A DNA stretch of 64,000 nucleotides, taken from the NCBI RefSeq assembly GCF_041248615.1, contig NZ_CP158426.1. One strand, written 5' to 3'. The notes under the pieces are model-generated. The model saw only the letters and a list, made by a program, of their open reading frames with translations, searched no databases and was not told where the DNA came from. The position numbers were made by a program, and so were the translations under genes. Position 1 is the first letter of the stretch. The number at the start of each line of letters is the position of its first letter. Below, piece by piece: positions 38,258-48,714 of this stretch. This DNA comes from Escherichia coli. GTDB lineage: Bacteria; Pseudomonadota; Gammaproteobacteria; Enterobacterales; Enterobacteriaceae.

Positions 38258-39685
38258 TTAGACAATCTCTTCCGCGTACTGCCAAAGCGCTTTTAACAGC
38301 GCCACTTTTTCTTTATCGTCGGCATACTGCTGCGCCAGCATCTGAATCTCTTCTGCATAACCCTGCAAAAACTCTGGCGCGAAGACCTGGCGGCGGTGCT
38401 CCAGCCAGCGTTGCTGCTCGGCATAATCCAGCGTCCCCGGGAAGTTGCGCGCCCGATAATTGAACAACAGCTTTTCAATTCGTTTATCAACAAAAGTGAT
38501 ATCCAGTGCCGGTAAATTACGCGGCTCGGTTTCAAGCACAATTTTCATTGCTGCGCGATCGGCGTCACTGAAAAAGCCATTATAAAGCTGTGCATCCACG
38601 TTATCTGAAGGCGTAAACGGTTCGGCTTCCGCGAATATCGCCACCACTTTTTCACGCACTTGCGGATTTTCACGCAGAATTTTCAGGTTATCGAGGCAAT
38701 GCTGACGATTAATTCCCAGTCGGTCGGCATCTTCCGGGCGTAGCGTATTCGCCTGGGCCAGCACCGGACATTTATTGATATGCACCAGTTTAACCGGAAC
38801 GGCGGCGTTATCGCCAAGATCGGCTTTTGCGGTATATAGACGCTCGCGCAATGTGTCGCTATCCAGTTCCAGTAATGGCGAAATGTCTCCTGCCAAATCC
38901 ACCATAATTACGGCATTGCGATTTTCAGGATGCCACGCCAGCGGTGCCACCCAGCTGGTATTGCCGCGCCATGCCCCAAACATTCCGGAAACGTGAACCA
39001 GGGGTTTCATCTGCGGAACATCAATCAACGCCATCAGTTTGTGTTTATTACGATGGGTAAAGAGATAATCAAACAGGCGTGGCTGACGCGTTTTTACCAG
39101 TTTCGCCATCGCAATAGTGGCGTACACATCAGCCATCGCATCGTGGGCGTTGCTATGTTCAATACCATTCGCTTTGGTTAAATGCTCAAGGCGAAAGCTC
39201 GGTAGACCGTCATCATTTTCAGGCCAGTTTATTCCTTCCGGGCGCAGGGCATAACAGGCACGCATAACATCCAGTAAATCCCAGCGTGAGTTATCATGCT
39301 GCCAGCTCCAGGCGTAAGGATCGTAGAAATTACGATAAAAAACGTTGCGTGTGACTTCATCGTCGAAACGCACATTGTTGTAGCCCAGAATACAGGTCTT
39401 CGGTACGGTAAAAAGCGAGTGAATACGGGCGGCAAATGCGGCTTCGTTTTCTCCTTTCGCCCGAGCTTCCTGCGGGGTAATACCGGTAATTAATACGGCT
39501 CCAGGCTGGGGTAAATAGTCATCCGCGGGCTTGCAGTAAAAGACTTCGGGTTCGCCGATGACATTGAATTCGCTATCGGTGCGAATGGCTGCGAACTGTG
39601 CAGGGCGATCTAACGCGGGGTGCGTGCCAAAGGTTTCGTAATCGTGAAACAAAAAGGTAGATTGTTGCTTACCGTCATTCATCAT
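38258..39685 (-). CDS. sbcB: Exodeoxyribonuclease I SbcB
   Basis: MMNDGKQQSTFLFHDYETFG DnaQ-like exonuclease N-terminus; 475 aa from internal Met of the 491-aa ORF. Confidence 0.92.
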   Translation of the reverse strand: MMNDGKQQSTFLFHDYETFGTHPALDRPAQFAAIRTDSEFNVIGEPEVFYCKPADDYLPQPGAVLITGITPQEARAKGENEAAFAARIHSLFTVPKTCILGYNNVRFDDEVTRNVFYRNFYDPYAWSWQHDNSRWDLLDVMRACYALRPEGINWPENDDGLPSFRLEHLTKANGIEHSNAHDAMADVYATIAMAKLVKTRQPRLFDYLFTHRNKHKLMALIDVPQMKPLVHVSGMFGAWRGNTSWVAPLAWHPENRNAVIMVDLAGDISPLLELDSDTLRERLYTAKADLGDNAAVPVKLVHINKCPVLAQANTLRPEDADRLGINRQHCLDNLKILRENPQVREKVVAIFAEAEPFTPSDNVDAQLYNGFFSDADRAAMKIVLETEPRNLPALDITFVDKRIEKLLFNYRARNFPGTLDYAEQQRWLEHRRQVFAPEFLQGYAEEIQMLAQQYADDKEKVALLKALWQYAEEIV

Positions 39686-39893
39686 TAGGTTAAATCCGTT
39701 ATTTCTGCTGTCTGCCAGAGTATCAAATATCACCGTGCTAATCAGCTTTAGCGCAACAATTTGACAGCGAGTGGCAACAGATCATGTCAGATAAAAATGC
39801 GAGGGTAGTCACATTTTCTTGCACTTTATTCCAGCCAGTTCATAAGTATTTCCGTAAAAAGAACAGCTATTTGAAACTCCTGAGGGTTTGCTG

Positions 39894-41060
39894 TTGAAAC
39901 GCCGTCTTATTATTGCTGCTTCTTTGTTCGTTTTTAACTTATCGTCTGGTTTTGCGGCGGAAAACATTCCTTTTTCACCTCAGCCTCCAGAGATTCATGC
40001 CGGCTCCTGGGTATTGATGGATTACACCACCGGTCAGATCCTCACCGCGGGTAATGAGCATCAACAGCGCAATCCCGCCAGCCTGACAAAGCTGATGACG
40101 GGCTATGTCGTGGATCGCGCTATCGATAGTCATCGCATTACGCCAGACGATATTGTCACCGTGGGGCGCGATGCGTGGGCGAAAGATAATCCAGTGTTTG
40201 TCGGTTCTTCACTGATGTTTTTGAAAGAGGGCGATCGCGTATCGGTACGTGATTTAAGCCGTGGTTTAATTGTGGATTCCGGAAATGATGCTTGTGTTGC
40301 TCTGGCTGACTATATTGCCGGTGGGCAACGGCAGTTTGTTGAAATGATGAACAACTATGCCGGGAAGCTGCATCTCAAGGATACGCATTTTGAAACAGTG
40401 CATGGTCTGGATGCACCTGGCCAGCATAGCTCGGCTTATGATTTAGCCGTGCTTTCTCGCGCTATCATCCACGGCGAGCCCGAGTTTTATCATATGTACA
40501 GTGAGAAAAGCCTCACCTGGAACGGTATCACTCAGCAAAACCGTAACGGGTTATTGTGGGATAAAACCATGAATGTTGACGGCCTGAAAACGGGTCATAC
40601 TTCTGGTGCCGGGTTTAATCTCATTGCTTCGGCTGTGGATGGGCAGCGTCGTCTCATTGCAGTGGTAATGGGGGCTGACAGTGCAAAAGGTCGTGAGGAA
40701 GAGGCAAGAAAATTACTGCGTTGGGGGCAACAAAACTTTACTACGGTGCAAATTTTGCACCGTGGGAAAAAGGTCGGAACGGAACGCATCTGGTATGGCG
40801 ATAAAGAAAATATCGCCCTGGGAACGGAACAAGAGTTCTGGATGGTGCTACCGAAAGCCGAAATTCCACATATCAAAGCCAAATATACCCTTGATGGTAA
40901 AGAACTCACCGCGCCAATTAGCGCCCATCAGCGGGTAGGGGAAATTGAACTTTACGACCGTGATAAACAGGTGGCGCACTGGCCGCTGGTTACCCTGGAA
41001 TCTGTCGGGGAAGGCAGCATGTTTTCTCGCCTGAGTGATTATTTCCACCATAAGGCCTGA
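39894..41060 (+). CDS. dacD: D-alanyl-D-alanine carboxypeptidase DacD (PBP6b)
   Basis: Signal peptide then SxxK (ASLTKLM), SGN and KTG motifs; probable TTG start giving 388 aa. Confidence 0.88.
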   Translation: MKRRLIIAASLFVFNLSSGFAAENIPFSPQPPEIHAGSWVLMDYTTGQILTAGNEHQQRNPASLTKLMTGYVVDRAIDSHRITPDDIVTVGRDAWAKDNPVFVGSSLMFLKEGDRVSVRDLSRGLIVDSGNDACVALADYIAGGQRQFVEMMNNYAGKLHLKDTHFETVHGLDAPGQHSSAYDLAVLSRAIIHGEPEFYHMYSEKSLTWNGITQQNRNGLLWDKTMNVDGLKTGHTSGAGFNLIASAVDGQRRLIAVVMGADSAKGREEEARKLLRWGQQNFTTVQILHRGKKVGTERIWYGDKENIALGTEQEFWMVLPKAEIPHIKAKYTLDGKELTAPISAHQRVGEIELYDRDKQVAHWPLVTLESVGEGSMFSRLSDYFHHKA

Positions 41061-41144
41061 CCTTTCTTTTGCAGCAGACTGGCAGGAGTGCGAGTCTGCT
41101 CGCATAATCAACACTCATTCCTTGTGGTTTTAATATTGCAACTA

Positions 41145-41164
41145 TACTGTATATAAAAACAGTA
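41145..41164 (+). promoter_or_regulatory. LexA (SOS) box upstream of sbmC
   Basis: tactgtatataaaaacagta matches CTGT-N8-ACAG consensus, 15 bp upstream of sbmC start. Confidence 0.75.
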
Positions 41165-41178
41165 TTAATGGAGGCGTC

Positions 41179-41652
41179 ATGAACTACGAGATTAAGCAGG
41201 AAGATAAACGTACCGTTGCAGGTTTCCATCTCGTTGGCCCGTGGGAACAGACGGTAAAGAAAGGCTTTGAGCAGTTGATGATGTGGGTAGATAGCAAAAA
41301 TATTGTGCCGAAGGAGTGGGTTGCTGTCTATTACGACAATCCAGATGAAACACCCGCCGAAAAATTACGCTGCGACACCGTCGTGACGGTACCGAATAAC
41401 TTTACGCTCCCCGAAAACAGTGAGGGCGTCATTCTGACAGAAATTTCAGGTGGTCAGTATGCGGTGGCGGTGGCTCGTGTAGTCGGTGATGATTTTGCTA
41501 AACCCTGGTATCAGTTCTTTAATAGCCTCTTGCAAGACAGTGCTTATGAAATGTTACCAAAGCCCTGTTTTGAGGTTTATTTGAACAATGGCGCGGAAGA
41601 TGGGTACTGGGATATCGAAATGTATGTTGCGGTGCAGCCAAAACATCACTAA
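41179..41652 (+). CDS. sbmC: DNA gyrase inhibitor SbmC (GyrI)
   Basis: 157-aa [27 protein letters not shown] recognised. Confidence 0.92.
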   Translation: MNYEIKQEDKRTVAGFHLVGPWEQTVKKGFEQLMMWVDSKNIVPKEWVAVYYDNPDETPAEKLRCDTVVTVPNNFTLPENSEGVILTEISGGQYAVAVARVVGDDFAKPWYQFFNSLLQDSAYEMLPKPCFEVYLNNGAEDGYWDIEMYVAVQPKHH

Positions 41653-41850
41653 TTCATCTCAGGGCGGTGTGTTGACGCGAAGACCACTCTTTTTTTTGAA
41701 AGCGAAAAGAGTAAGATGCGCCTTTCAATTTTTTCGCTCCTGCCGGGAAATTACACTGTTCCCGGTTTGTCCGTCGGATAATTCAGAGGCGCGCCTTCTG
41801 GCCGACAGATGAGTTATGAGCGCTTTTAATCTTCATTACGGAGTTTCTGC

Positions 41851-42909
41851 GTGCGTGCCGATAAGTCATTAAGCCCGTTTGAAATCCGGGTATACCGCCA
41901 TTACCGCATTGTGCATGGTACTCGGGTCGCGCTGGCATTCCTGCTCACTTTTCTCATTATCCGCCTGTTTACTATCCCGGAAAGCACCTGGCCGCTGGTC
42001 ACCATGGTGGTGATTATGGGGCCAATCTCGTTCTGGGGTAACGTTGTCCCTCGTGCCTTCGAACGTATTGGCGGTACGGTGTTGGGGTCGATTTTAGGTC
42101 TTATCGCTCTGCAACTGGAGTTAATCTCGTTACCGCTGATGTTAGTCTGGTGCGCGGCGGCGATGTTTCTTTGCGGTTGGCTGGCGCTGGGCAAGAAACC
42201 GTATCAAGGTTTATTGATTGGGGTGACGCTGGCAATTGTTGTTGGTTCCCCGACAGGTGAAATTGATACGGCGTTATGGCGAAGCGGCGATGTGATCCTC
42301 GGCTCTTTACTGGCAATGTTGTTTACCGGTATCTGGCCACAACGAGCGTTCATCCACTGGCGCATTCAACTGGCAAAAAGTCTGACCGAGTATAATCGGG
42401 TCTATCAATCTGCATTCTCACCGAACTTACTCGAACGCCCACGTCTGGAAAGCCATCTACAAAAACTCCTGACCGATGCCGTGAAAATGCGTGGGCTGAT
42501 TGCGCCCGCCAGCAAAGAAACCCGTATTCCAAAATCGATATATGAAGGTATCCAGACCATTAATCGCAATCTGGTTTGTATGCTGGAGTTGCAAATCAAT
42601 GCATACTGGGCCACGCGCCCCAGCCATTTCGTATTATTGAACGCGCAAAAACTGCGTGATACCCAGCATATGATGCAGCAAATACTGCTGAGCCTTGTTC
42701 ATGCGCTATACGAAGGTAATCCGCAGCCGGTTTTTGCCAATACGGAAAAATTGAACGATGCTGTGGAAGAGCTGCGTCAGTTGCTGAATAACCACCATGA
42801 CCTGAAGGTTGTGGAAACACCAATCTATGGTTATGTGTGGCTGAACATGGAAACGGCACATCAGCTTGAGTTGCTATCGAATCTGATTTGCCGGGCCTTG
42901 CGCAAATAA
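41851..42909 (+). CDS. yeeA: Inner membrane protein YeeA (FUSC/ArAE-like efflux family)
   Basis: 352-aa ORF, hydrophobic N-terminal half, conserved position between sbmC and yeeX. Confidence 0.8.
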   Translation: MRADKSLSPFEIRVYRHYRIVHGTRVALAFLLTFLIIRLFTIPESTWPLVTMVVIMGPISFWGNVVPRAFERIGGTVLGSILGLIALQLELISLPLMLVWCAAAMFLCGWLALGKKPYQGLLIGVTLAIVVGSPTGEIDTALWRSGDVILGSLLAMLFTGIWPQRAFIHWRIQLAKSLTEYNRVYQSAFSPNLLERPRLESHLQKLLTDAVKMRGLIAPASKETRIPKSIYEGIQTINRNLVCMLELQINAYWATRPSHFVLLNAQKLRDTQHMMQQILLSLVHALYEGNPQPVFANTEKLNDAVEELRQLLNNHHDLKVVETPIYGYVWLNMETAHQLELLSNLICRALRK

Positions 42910-43080
42910 TTCCTGAACTTCAGAATCATCTTGCTGCTGCTTCGATTCAGCAAGGATAAAGGGTATGATAGTGAAAAGGGATAAAAGCATTGTCATCTGC
43001 GGCAGCTATGAGTAATGTTGGCCCTAACGAATAGCGGTTGCTTAAACGAATCCGACTCTCACATTATCAGGGGTATAAAA

Positions 43081-43410
43081 ATGGAAACTACCAAGCCTTC
43101 ATTCCAGGACGTACTGGAATTTGTTCGTCTGTTCCGTCGTAAGAACAAACTGCAACGTGAAATTCAGGACGTTGAGAAAAAGATCCGTGACAACCAGAAG
43201 CGCGTCCTGCTGCTGGACAACCTGAGCGATTACATCAAGCCGGGGATGAGCGTTGAAGCAATCCAGGGCATCATCGCCAGCATGAAAGGTGACTATGAAG
43301 ATCGCGTTGACGATTACATCATCAAAAATGCCGAGCTCTCCAAAGAACGCCGCGATATCTCCAAAAAGCTGAAAGCTATGGGCGAAATGAAAAACGGCGA
43401 AGCGAAGTAA
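43081..43410 (+). CDS. yeeX: UPF0265 protein YeeX (DUF496)
   Basis: [30 protein letters not shown] recognised; 109 aa from internal Met of the 131-aa ORF. Confidence 0.88.
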   Translation: METTKPSFQDVLEFVRLFRRKNKLQREIQDVEKKIRDNQKRVLLLDNLSDYIKPGMSVEAIQGIIASMKGDYEDRVDDYIIKNAELSKERRDISKKLKAMGEMKNGEAK

Positions 43411-43424
43411 TTCCTGTTTTATTC

Positions 43425-43451
43425 AATGAGGGTTGCCTGGCAACCCTCATT
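43425..43451 (+). terminator. Perfect palindrome between convergent yeeX and pduV (probable yeeX terminator)
   Basis: aatgagggttgcc t ggcaaccctcatt, 13-bp perfect arms. Confidence 0.55.
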
Positions 43452-43510
43452 GCTCATTGTTTCTTTTCTGTGTATCACCGTCATCATTCCCATCTGATAA
43501 CCTATTGAAA

Positions 43511-43954
43511 TTAGCGACAGCCTTCTTCTGTATGCAGCAAGGCAAAAAGTTCTGCAACTCCATTGTTATTAACCGCACTGGTTACTAACACATTGTGCGC
43601 TCCAGCTTCCCGTAACCAACTTTTCACCAAAGATATTTGTTCCATGCTGGCTAAATCTGCTTTGGTGACTACTCCAATGACCGGGCGATTCATTGACGAG
43701 GTAAAGCCTGGCGAAAAAGGGGACCACGGTGCGTCCGCATTAAGCACCAGGGCGATAATGTCCGCTTCGCAGGCGCTGACCAACAGAGCACTGTAGAGGC
43801 TGCGGTTTTCGAGGTATTCGCCTGGTGTATCAATGGTGGTCGGGGACCAGACGATTGCCTGCGTTTTCTGATAATGAATATTTTCGCCACGCAGACATTG
43901 CGTGAGTGACGTTTTTCCGCACTGGCTGGGGCCGATGAGCATCATACGTTGCAT
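43511..43954 (-). CDS. pduV: Propanediol utilisation GTPase PduV (EutP/PduV family)
   Basis: 147-aa ORF with P-loop [10 protein letters not shown]; last gene of pdu operon here. Confidence 0.85.
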   Translation of the reverse strand: MQRMMLIGPSQCGKTSLTQCLRGENIHYQKTQAIVWSPTTIDTPGEYLENRSLYSALLVSACEADIIALVLNADAPWSPFSPGFTSSMNRPVIGVVTKADLASMEQISLVKSWLREAGAHNVLVTSAVNNNGVAELFALLHTEEGCR

Positions 43955-43958
43955 AACG

Positions 43959-44309
43959 TCAGGTCCGCGTAATGGGGCAGGCGGTAAAGCGCATCATTTC
44001 ACCCAGCGTACGGGTAACCTGGCTAAGTGCATATTCAATGGCAGAAACATCACCAGTCAGCACTACGGCACCGGTAAAACGATCAAGAAAACCGATCTCT
44101 ACAGCGCCTGATTTTGTGGCGATATCACATGCGATGATAGATGCTTCGCTGGGGGTAATTGTCAGAATGCCAATAGCAGAAACGGTGTCTGGTAAACCCA
44201 ATTTCTTAAACAGATCCTTCCCTGGATTGGCGATGACATGTGCCAGCGTGACCTGCTTACCAGGGACATATTCCTGAATCATCCGTTCAGTTGTGTGCTG
44301 AGTTGTCAT
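43959..44309 (-). CDS. pduU: Microcompartment shell protein PduU (circularly permuted BMC domain)
   Basis: [29 protein letters not shown]; 116 aa from internal Met, removing the overlap with pduT. Confidence 0.85.
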   Translation of the reverse strand: MTTQHTTERMIQEYVPGKQVTLAHVIANPGKDLFKKLGLPDTVSAIGILTITPSEASIIACDIATKSGAVEIGFLDRFTGAVVLTGDVSAIEYALSQVTRTLGEMMRFTACPITRT

Positions 44310-44863
44310 TATCCCTCCACCATCTGACGCCACATGGCTTCATGTGGACGGGCAATCACCGACCGATAGACCAACAAACCTTTTTCTCCCGCACGCTCGC
44401 TGGCGACAGAGACCGCGTTATTAACATCTGAAATATCGCCAGCAACCACCATGTAGCATTTACCGCCAATGCCAAAAGCCATATGCACGCGAACAAGAAT
44501 GACATTCGCAGCTTTGACAGCACAATCGGCAGCGTCAATGCAGGCGGCGACACTCCAGGTTTCGACTACGCCGACAGCCCGGTGCTGTTCAACTTGGTTC
44601 AGTCCGCTGGTTGCAGAAAGGAGGCTGGGATGAATATTCGGCAGGACAAGACTGTCGACCAGCATTTCACCAGCAAGGGAAGCACCGCTGTTGATGGCCT
44701 GTTGCACCGCGCCCACATCGCCACCGAGCATCAGCAGAAATTTTCCGGGGCATAGCGTTTTGCTGACCAGTAACTCAACGTTGGCGCTTTTCAGCATGGC
44801 GTCGCCGGTTTCCATCCCTTTCGCGATACTGCTAAGTTCTAAAATACCTACCGCTTTCGACAT
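44309..44863 (-). CDS. pduT: Microcompartment shell protein PduT (tandem BMC, Fe-S)
   Basis: 184-aa ORF with two BMC-like repeats ([29 protein letters not shown]). Confidence 0.88.
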   Translation of the reverse strand: MSKAVGILELSSIAKGMETGDAMLKSANVELLVSKTLCPGKFLLMLGGDVGAVQQAINSGASLAGEMLVDSLVLPNIHPSLLSATSGLNQVEQHRAVGVVETWSVAACIDAADCAVKAANVILVRVHMAFGIGGKCYMVVAGDISDVNNAVSVASERAGEKGLLVYRSVIARPHEAMWRQMVEG

Positions 44864-44865
44864 CG

Positions 44866-46209
44866 TTAACCTCTCACAAGCGTAATCGCGTTTTCTGTCA
44901 CATCGCTGACCATGCCATCAATACTGGCATGAATGGGGGCACCTAATGTGCCGTGTGGAATTTGACCTACACATTGCCCATGAACGACGCGATCGCCTTT
45001 TTGTACACACGCAATTGCGCTGGCACCGATGTGCTGGCGTAACAATAACGTCACTTTTTCGGTCTGAGGCACCTGTTCAGACAATGGCGCATCCTGATAC
45101 CACGGGGTTAAGCCAAGTCTGGTTACCAGCCGTTTTACGGGAATCAGTCGATAATTTGCCATGGGATCTGCAGGATTTAAGGTACCTTCGTAACGGAGAT
45201 TTTGTGCGCGTAATTCTTGCTTAAGCAGGCGGTTTATGCGCATTGGTGAAATTCCTACCGGACAGGCGACGCTGGCGCAGACGTTGCACTCCGAACAGGT
45301 GAGCGCCGTCAGTAACAGTTGTGGCGTAGCGAGCTGTTGGTAGTTAACCGCACGTACTAATAAATGGGGTGCCAGTTCGTGACCGATTAAATGACGTGGG
45401 CAGAGATCGGTACACAAGCGGCATTGCTCACAAACAGTTTTCGCGACGGCAAGTACGCTGCGGTCATTCTGCATTCGACGTTGGATCAGTGAATGAGAGT
45501 TGGGTAAAACCAGCAAGCCGCCAGTGGTTTTGCTGACTGGTGTGTCGAGCGATGTGATCAAACTTCCCATCATCGGCCCGCCATTGATAAAACCAGGAGC
45601 ATCCACTGTTGCGCCGCCCGCCAGCGCCAGGACTTCACGTAAAGACATGCCGATGGGGACGGTTACCGTTATTGGTTTCGCCACTGCACCATTAACGGTG
45701 AGTGTGCGGCGCGTCACTGGATACTGTTGCTCGACGGCTCTGGCAATATTAAGTACGGTTTGAACATTATTGACCACCACACCGACGTTAACGGGTAATG
45801 CAGCGGGTGGAACACGGCGACCAGTTGCCATCCAGATGGTCAGCACTTCGTCTCCTGCGGGGTAAACGTCGGGCAAAATATGCAGGCGGATATCCGGTGG
45901 TAACAGTGGTGTGAGTGCGTTTATTGCCCGTTGATATTTCTCTTTCAGCGCGATGATTCCGCTACTGGCCCCGGTGGCTTTCATCGCATAGTGAACACCG
46001 CGAAGCAGGCGGCTGGCTTGCTGCGCCATTAACTGTTGATCCACTTTCAACATTGGTTCGCATTCCGCCGCATTCACCAGGAACGTGTCAACACGCGCTT
46101 GTAGCTTAATATGGGTTGGGAAACCTGCGCCGCCAGCACCCACGACACCAGCTGCCTGTACTCGCTCGCGGATGGTCTGGTCGTCGCAGGAGGTTAACTC
46201 GACGTTCAT
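44866..46209 (-). CDS. pduS: Cobalamin reductase PduS (RnfC-like flavoprotein with two 4Fe-4S clusters)
   Basis: 447-aa [15 protein letters not shown] and [13 protein letters not shown] ferredoxin-type motifs. Confidence 0.88.
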   Translation of the reverse strand: MNVELTSCDDQTIRERVQAAGVVGAGGAGFPTHIKLQARVDTFLVNAAECEPMLKVDQQLMAQQASRLLRGVHYAMKATGASSGIIALKEKYQRAINALTPLLPPDIRLHILPDVYPAGDEVLTIWMATGRRVPPAALPVNVGVVVNNVQTVLNIARAVEQQYPVTRRTLTVNGAVAKPITVTVPIGMSLREVLALAGGATVDAPGFINGGPMMGSLITSLDTPVSKTTGGLLVLPNSHSLIQRRMQNDRSVLAVAKTVCEQCRLCTDLCPRHLIGHELAPHLLVRAVNYQQLATPQLLLTALTCSECNVCASVACPVGISPMRINRLLKQELRAQNLRYEGTLNPADPMANYRLIPVKRLVTRLGLTPWYQDAPLSEQVPQTEKVTLLLRQHIGASAIACVQKGDRVVHGQCVGQIPHGTLGAPIHASIDGMVSDVTENAITLVRG

Positions 46210-47318
46210 AACAACTCCTCGAGCAGTTCTGCAATAGCGGTGGCATCAGCCGTACGCGGGTTGGTACGCAACGTTGCATCCGCCAGTGCCGCCTGAACCA
46301 TATCTGGTATGCGTATTGACCATTCTGCTTTTTTTTCTTTCAGCACATTGGTAAGAGTCGGTAGCTTACAGGTTGTTTTAAGCTGTTCAATATGTTGAAT
46401 AAGTATATTCAGGCTGGCGGTGTCATTGGCGTTGTCCGGGCATAAATGGCACGTTTTCGCCAGCCGGGCGTAGCGTTTGGCAGCGCGCGGATCGCCAGCA
46501 TTAAAGCGGATAACCGCCGTGAGCAGGAGCGCATTCGCCAGGCCGTGTGGCAGATGAAACTGTCCGCCGAGTTGATGAGCAATTGCATGGTTTAATCCCA
46601 GTCCAGCCTGGCTAAAGGCCATTCCTGCAAGTGTCGATGCATTATGCATTTTGCCACGGGTGGCGAGACAATCGCCTTTCTTCACTGCAGTGGGCAGGTA
46701 TTGAAAAACAATTTGCACGGCTTTTTCGACCAGTGCATCCGTGAAGTCGCTGGCGCGGGGAGAAACATAAGCTTCAAGCGCATGGGTTAAAACATCCATC
46801 CCGGTATTGGCCGTTATCGCCGGTGGCACGCTGACGATCAGAGATGGATCAAGGATCGCGATATCCGGATAAAGTGCATTATCGAAAAGGGGATATTTAA
46901 TCCCTTTCTCAGGATCGCTGATGACACAAGCACTGGTCACTTCGGAACCGGTACCGCTGGTGGTAGGAATGGCTACGCAGGTTTCAATTTCAATGCCACA
47001 CTGGCGACCGAACCAGACAATCGCTTTTGCGGCGTCCAGGGCAGAACCGCCGCCAAAACCGATAACCACATCCGGGCGTAAAGTCTGCATTTGCGCAATG
47101 CCTTTCACCACGGTCTGGATAGTTGGGTCGGGCGTTATTTCGCTAAAAATACTAAGACGATTACTGTCGGGCAGCGCCTGATGCAACGTGTTAATGAGTG
47201 GTGAGCGTGCCAGAAAGACGTCGCAAATAATCCAGATGTGTTTATGAGAGAAACGGCTAAGTACCTTGAGACTTCCCGGTCCGCTGTATAAACGCGTCTG
47301 CAGTGAAAAAGTATTCAT
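46206..47318 (-). CDS. pduQ: 1-propanol dehydrogenase PduQ (iron-containing alcohol dehydrogenase)
   Basis: 370-aa ORF; GFGGGSALDAAKA Fe-ADH motif; 4-nt overlap with pduS. Confidence 0.88.
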   Translation of the reverse strand: MNTFSLQTRLYSGPGSLKVLSRFSHKHIWIICDVFLARSPLINTLHQALPDSNRLSIFSEITPDPTIQTVVKGIAQMQTLRPDVVIGFGGGSALDAAKAIVWFGRQCGIEIETCVAIPTTSGTGSEVTSACVISDPEKGIKYPLFDNALYPDIAILDPSLIVSVPPAITANTGMDVLTHALEAYVSPRASDFTDALVEKAVQIVFQYLPTAVKKGDCLATRGKMHNASTLAGMAFSQAGLGLNHAIAHQLGGQFHLPHGLANALLLTAVIRFNAGDPRAAKRYARLAKTCHLCPDNANDTASLNILIQHIEQLKTTCKLPTLTNVLKEKKAEWSIRIPDMVQAALADATLRTNPRTADATAIAELLEELL

Positions 47319-47328
47319 TTCCGTTTCT

Positions 47329-48714
47329 CTAGCGAATTGAAAAGCCGCTGGTTAACACGCAGCGTCGTGAGCGGGCAAAAGTCCGTGCTGACGTTGTCCC
47401 TTCTCCGGTCGGTGTTGCAATGGTAAAGGTCGTAAAGCCTTCGCCGCCGACGCCAATACCCGCCCAGGAGGGGCCGTTTTTGACAAAGATTGAGGTTTGC
47501 ATAACGCGTGCGGTAAGGTTGAGCCGTGAGACGTTCTGCGAGTGCATAATTGCCGTGTGGTGCAAGCCGTCTTCCACTTTCAGCGCCAGGGTGAGAGCGC
47601 TATCAAAATCGTTGACCTTCACAATGGGCAGCATTGGCATCAGTTGTTCACAAGTAACCCAACTATCATTGGCGTCGACAACAGCAATCAGTAGGCGCGG
47701 CGCTTTTGCGGGCAAAGGGAGGCCTGCCGCTTCCAGCAAGGCTGATGGGCTTTTCCCAACCAGTTTTTTGTTGGCGCTACCGTCTGGCAGGCAAATTGCA
47801 CGCAATTTCTCCGTTTGCTCATAGTTAAGAAGAAGCGCGCCAAAACTTTGCATCTGCTGAATTAAATAATCTGCCACTGATGCCACGACAATCAGGCTTT
47901 TTTCAGCAATACACGGCAGGTTGTAATCAAATGAAGCGCCGTTGATGATGTCCTCGGCGGCTTTCACAATATCCGCCGTTTCATCGACGATGCACGGAGG
48001 GTTACCCGCTCCGGCACCAATCACTTTCTTGCCACTTTTCATTCCCATGGCGACGATCCCCGGACCGCCGGTAATCGCCAGAACGCTGATTTTAGGGTGC
48101 GCCATCATCTGTTCGGTTGCAGCAAAGGTCGGTTCAGATACGGTAACGATCAGGTTATGAATGCCACTACAACGAAACGCGATGTCTTCGATTGTGGTAA
48201 TCAGTTTTAACGAAACGTATTTGGCTCCCGGGTGTGGACTGAAGTAGACGCTATTACCTGCTGCCAGCATGCTGATGCTGTTGTTAATGATGGTTTCCGT
48301 GGGGTTGGTGCTTGGCGTGACCGAGCCAATAACCCCAAACGGGGAGTATTCAAACAAAACCATGCCACCATCACCGGTTAGTGCAGTGGTGGTTAAATCT
48401 TCAATTCCTGGCGTGTTATCAAGTGCCGCTTTGTTTTTTAGGTACTTATCTTCTTTATTTCCCATCCCCGTTTCTTTGGCGCTTTCTTCTGCCAGTTCGG
48501 TCAGGCGGGGTATTAATTCTTCGCGAATGGCGCTGATAATGGCGCTACGGGTTTTAAGCGGGCACTGTTGAAAGCGTAAAAAGGCCTGGTGTGCTGCGCA
48601 GACCGCTTCATCAACAGTCTGGAAAATAGCGTTTCTTTGCATTCGTTGCGTAGCGGGGGCAAGCTGCTCACGCAGAATATTGCGGATCAGTGTTTCTAAT
48701 TCAGAGTTATTCAT
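47329..48714 (-). CDS. pduP: CoA-acylating propionaldehyde dehydrogenase PduP
   Basis: 461-aa aldehyde dehydrogenase-family ORF in conserved position between pduO and pduQ. Confidence 0.88.
   Translation of the reverse strand: MNNSELETLIRNILREQLAPATQRMQRNAIFQTVDEAVCAAHQAFLRFQQCPLKTRSAIISAIREELIPRLTELAEESAKETGMGNKEDKYLKNKAALDNTPGIEDLTTTALTGDGGMVLFEYSPFGVIGSVTPSTNPTETIINNSISMLAAGNSVYFSPHPGAKYVSLKLITTIEDIAFRCSGIHNLIVTVSEPTFAATEQMMAHPKISVLAITGGPGIVAMGMKSGKKVIGAGAGNPPCIVDETADIVKAAEDIINGASFDYNLPCIAEKSLIVVASVADYLIQQMQSFGALLLNYEQTEKLRAICLPDGSANKKLVGKSPSALLEAAGLPLPAKAPRLLIAVVDANDSWVTCEQLMPMLPIVKVNDFDSALTLALKVEDGLHHTAIMHSQNVSRLNLTARVMQTSIFVKNGPSWAGIGVGGEGFTTFTIATPTGEGTTSARTFARSRRCVLTSGFSIR

Noticed and set aside
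41588-41812. 74-aa ORF between sbmC and yeeA
   Set aside because: It overlaps the sbmC 3' end and the intergenic terminator-like region; no ribosome-binding site and not a recognised protein.
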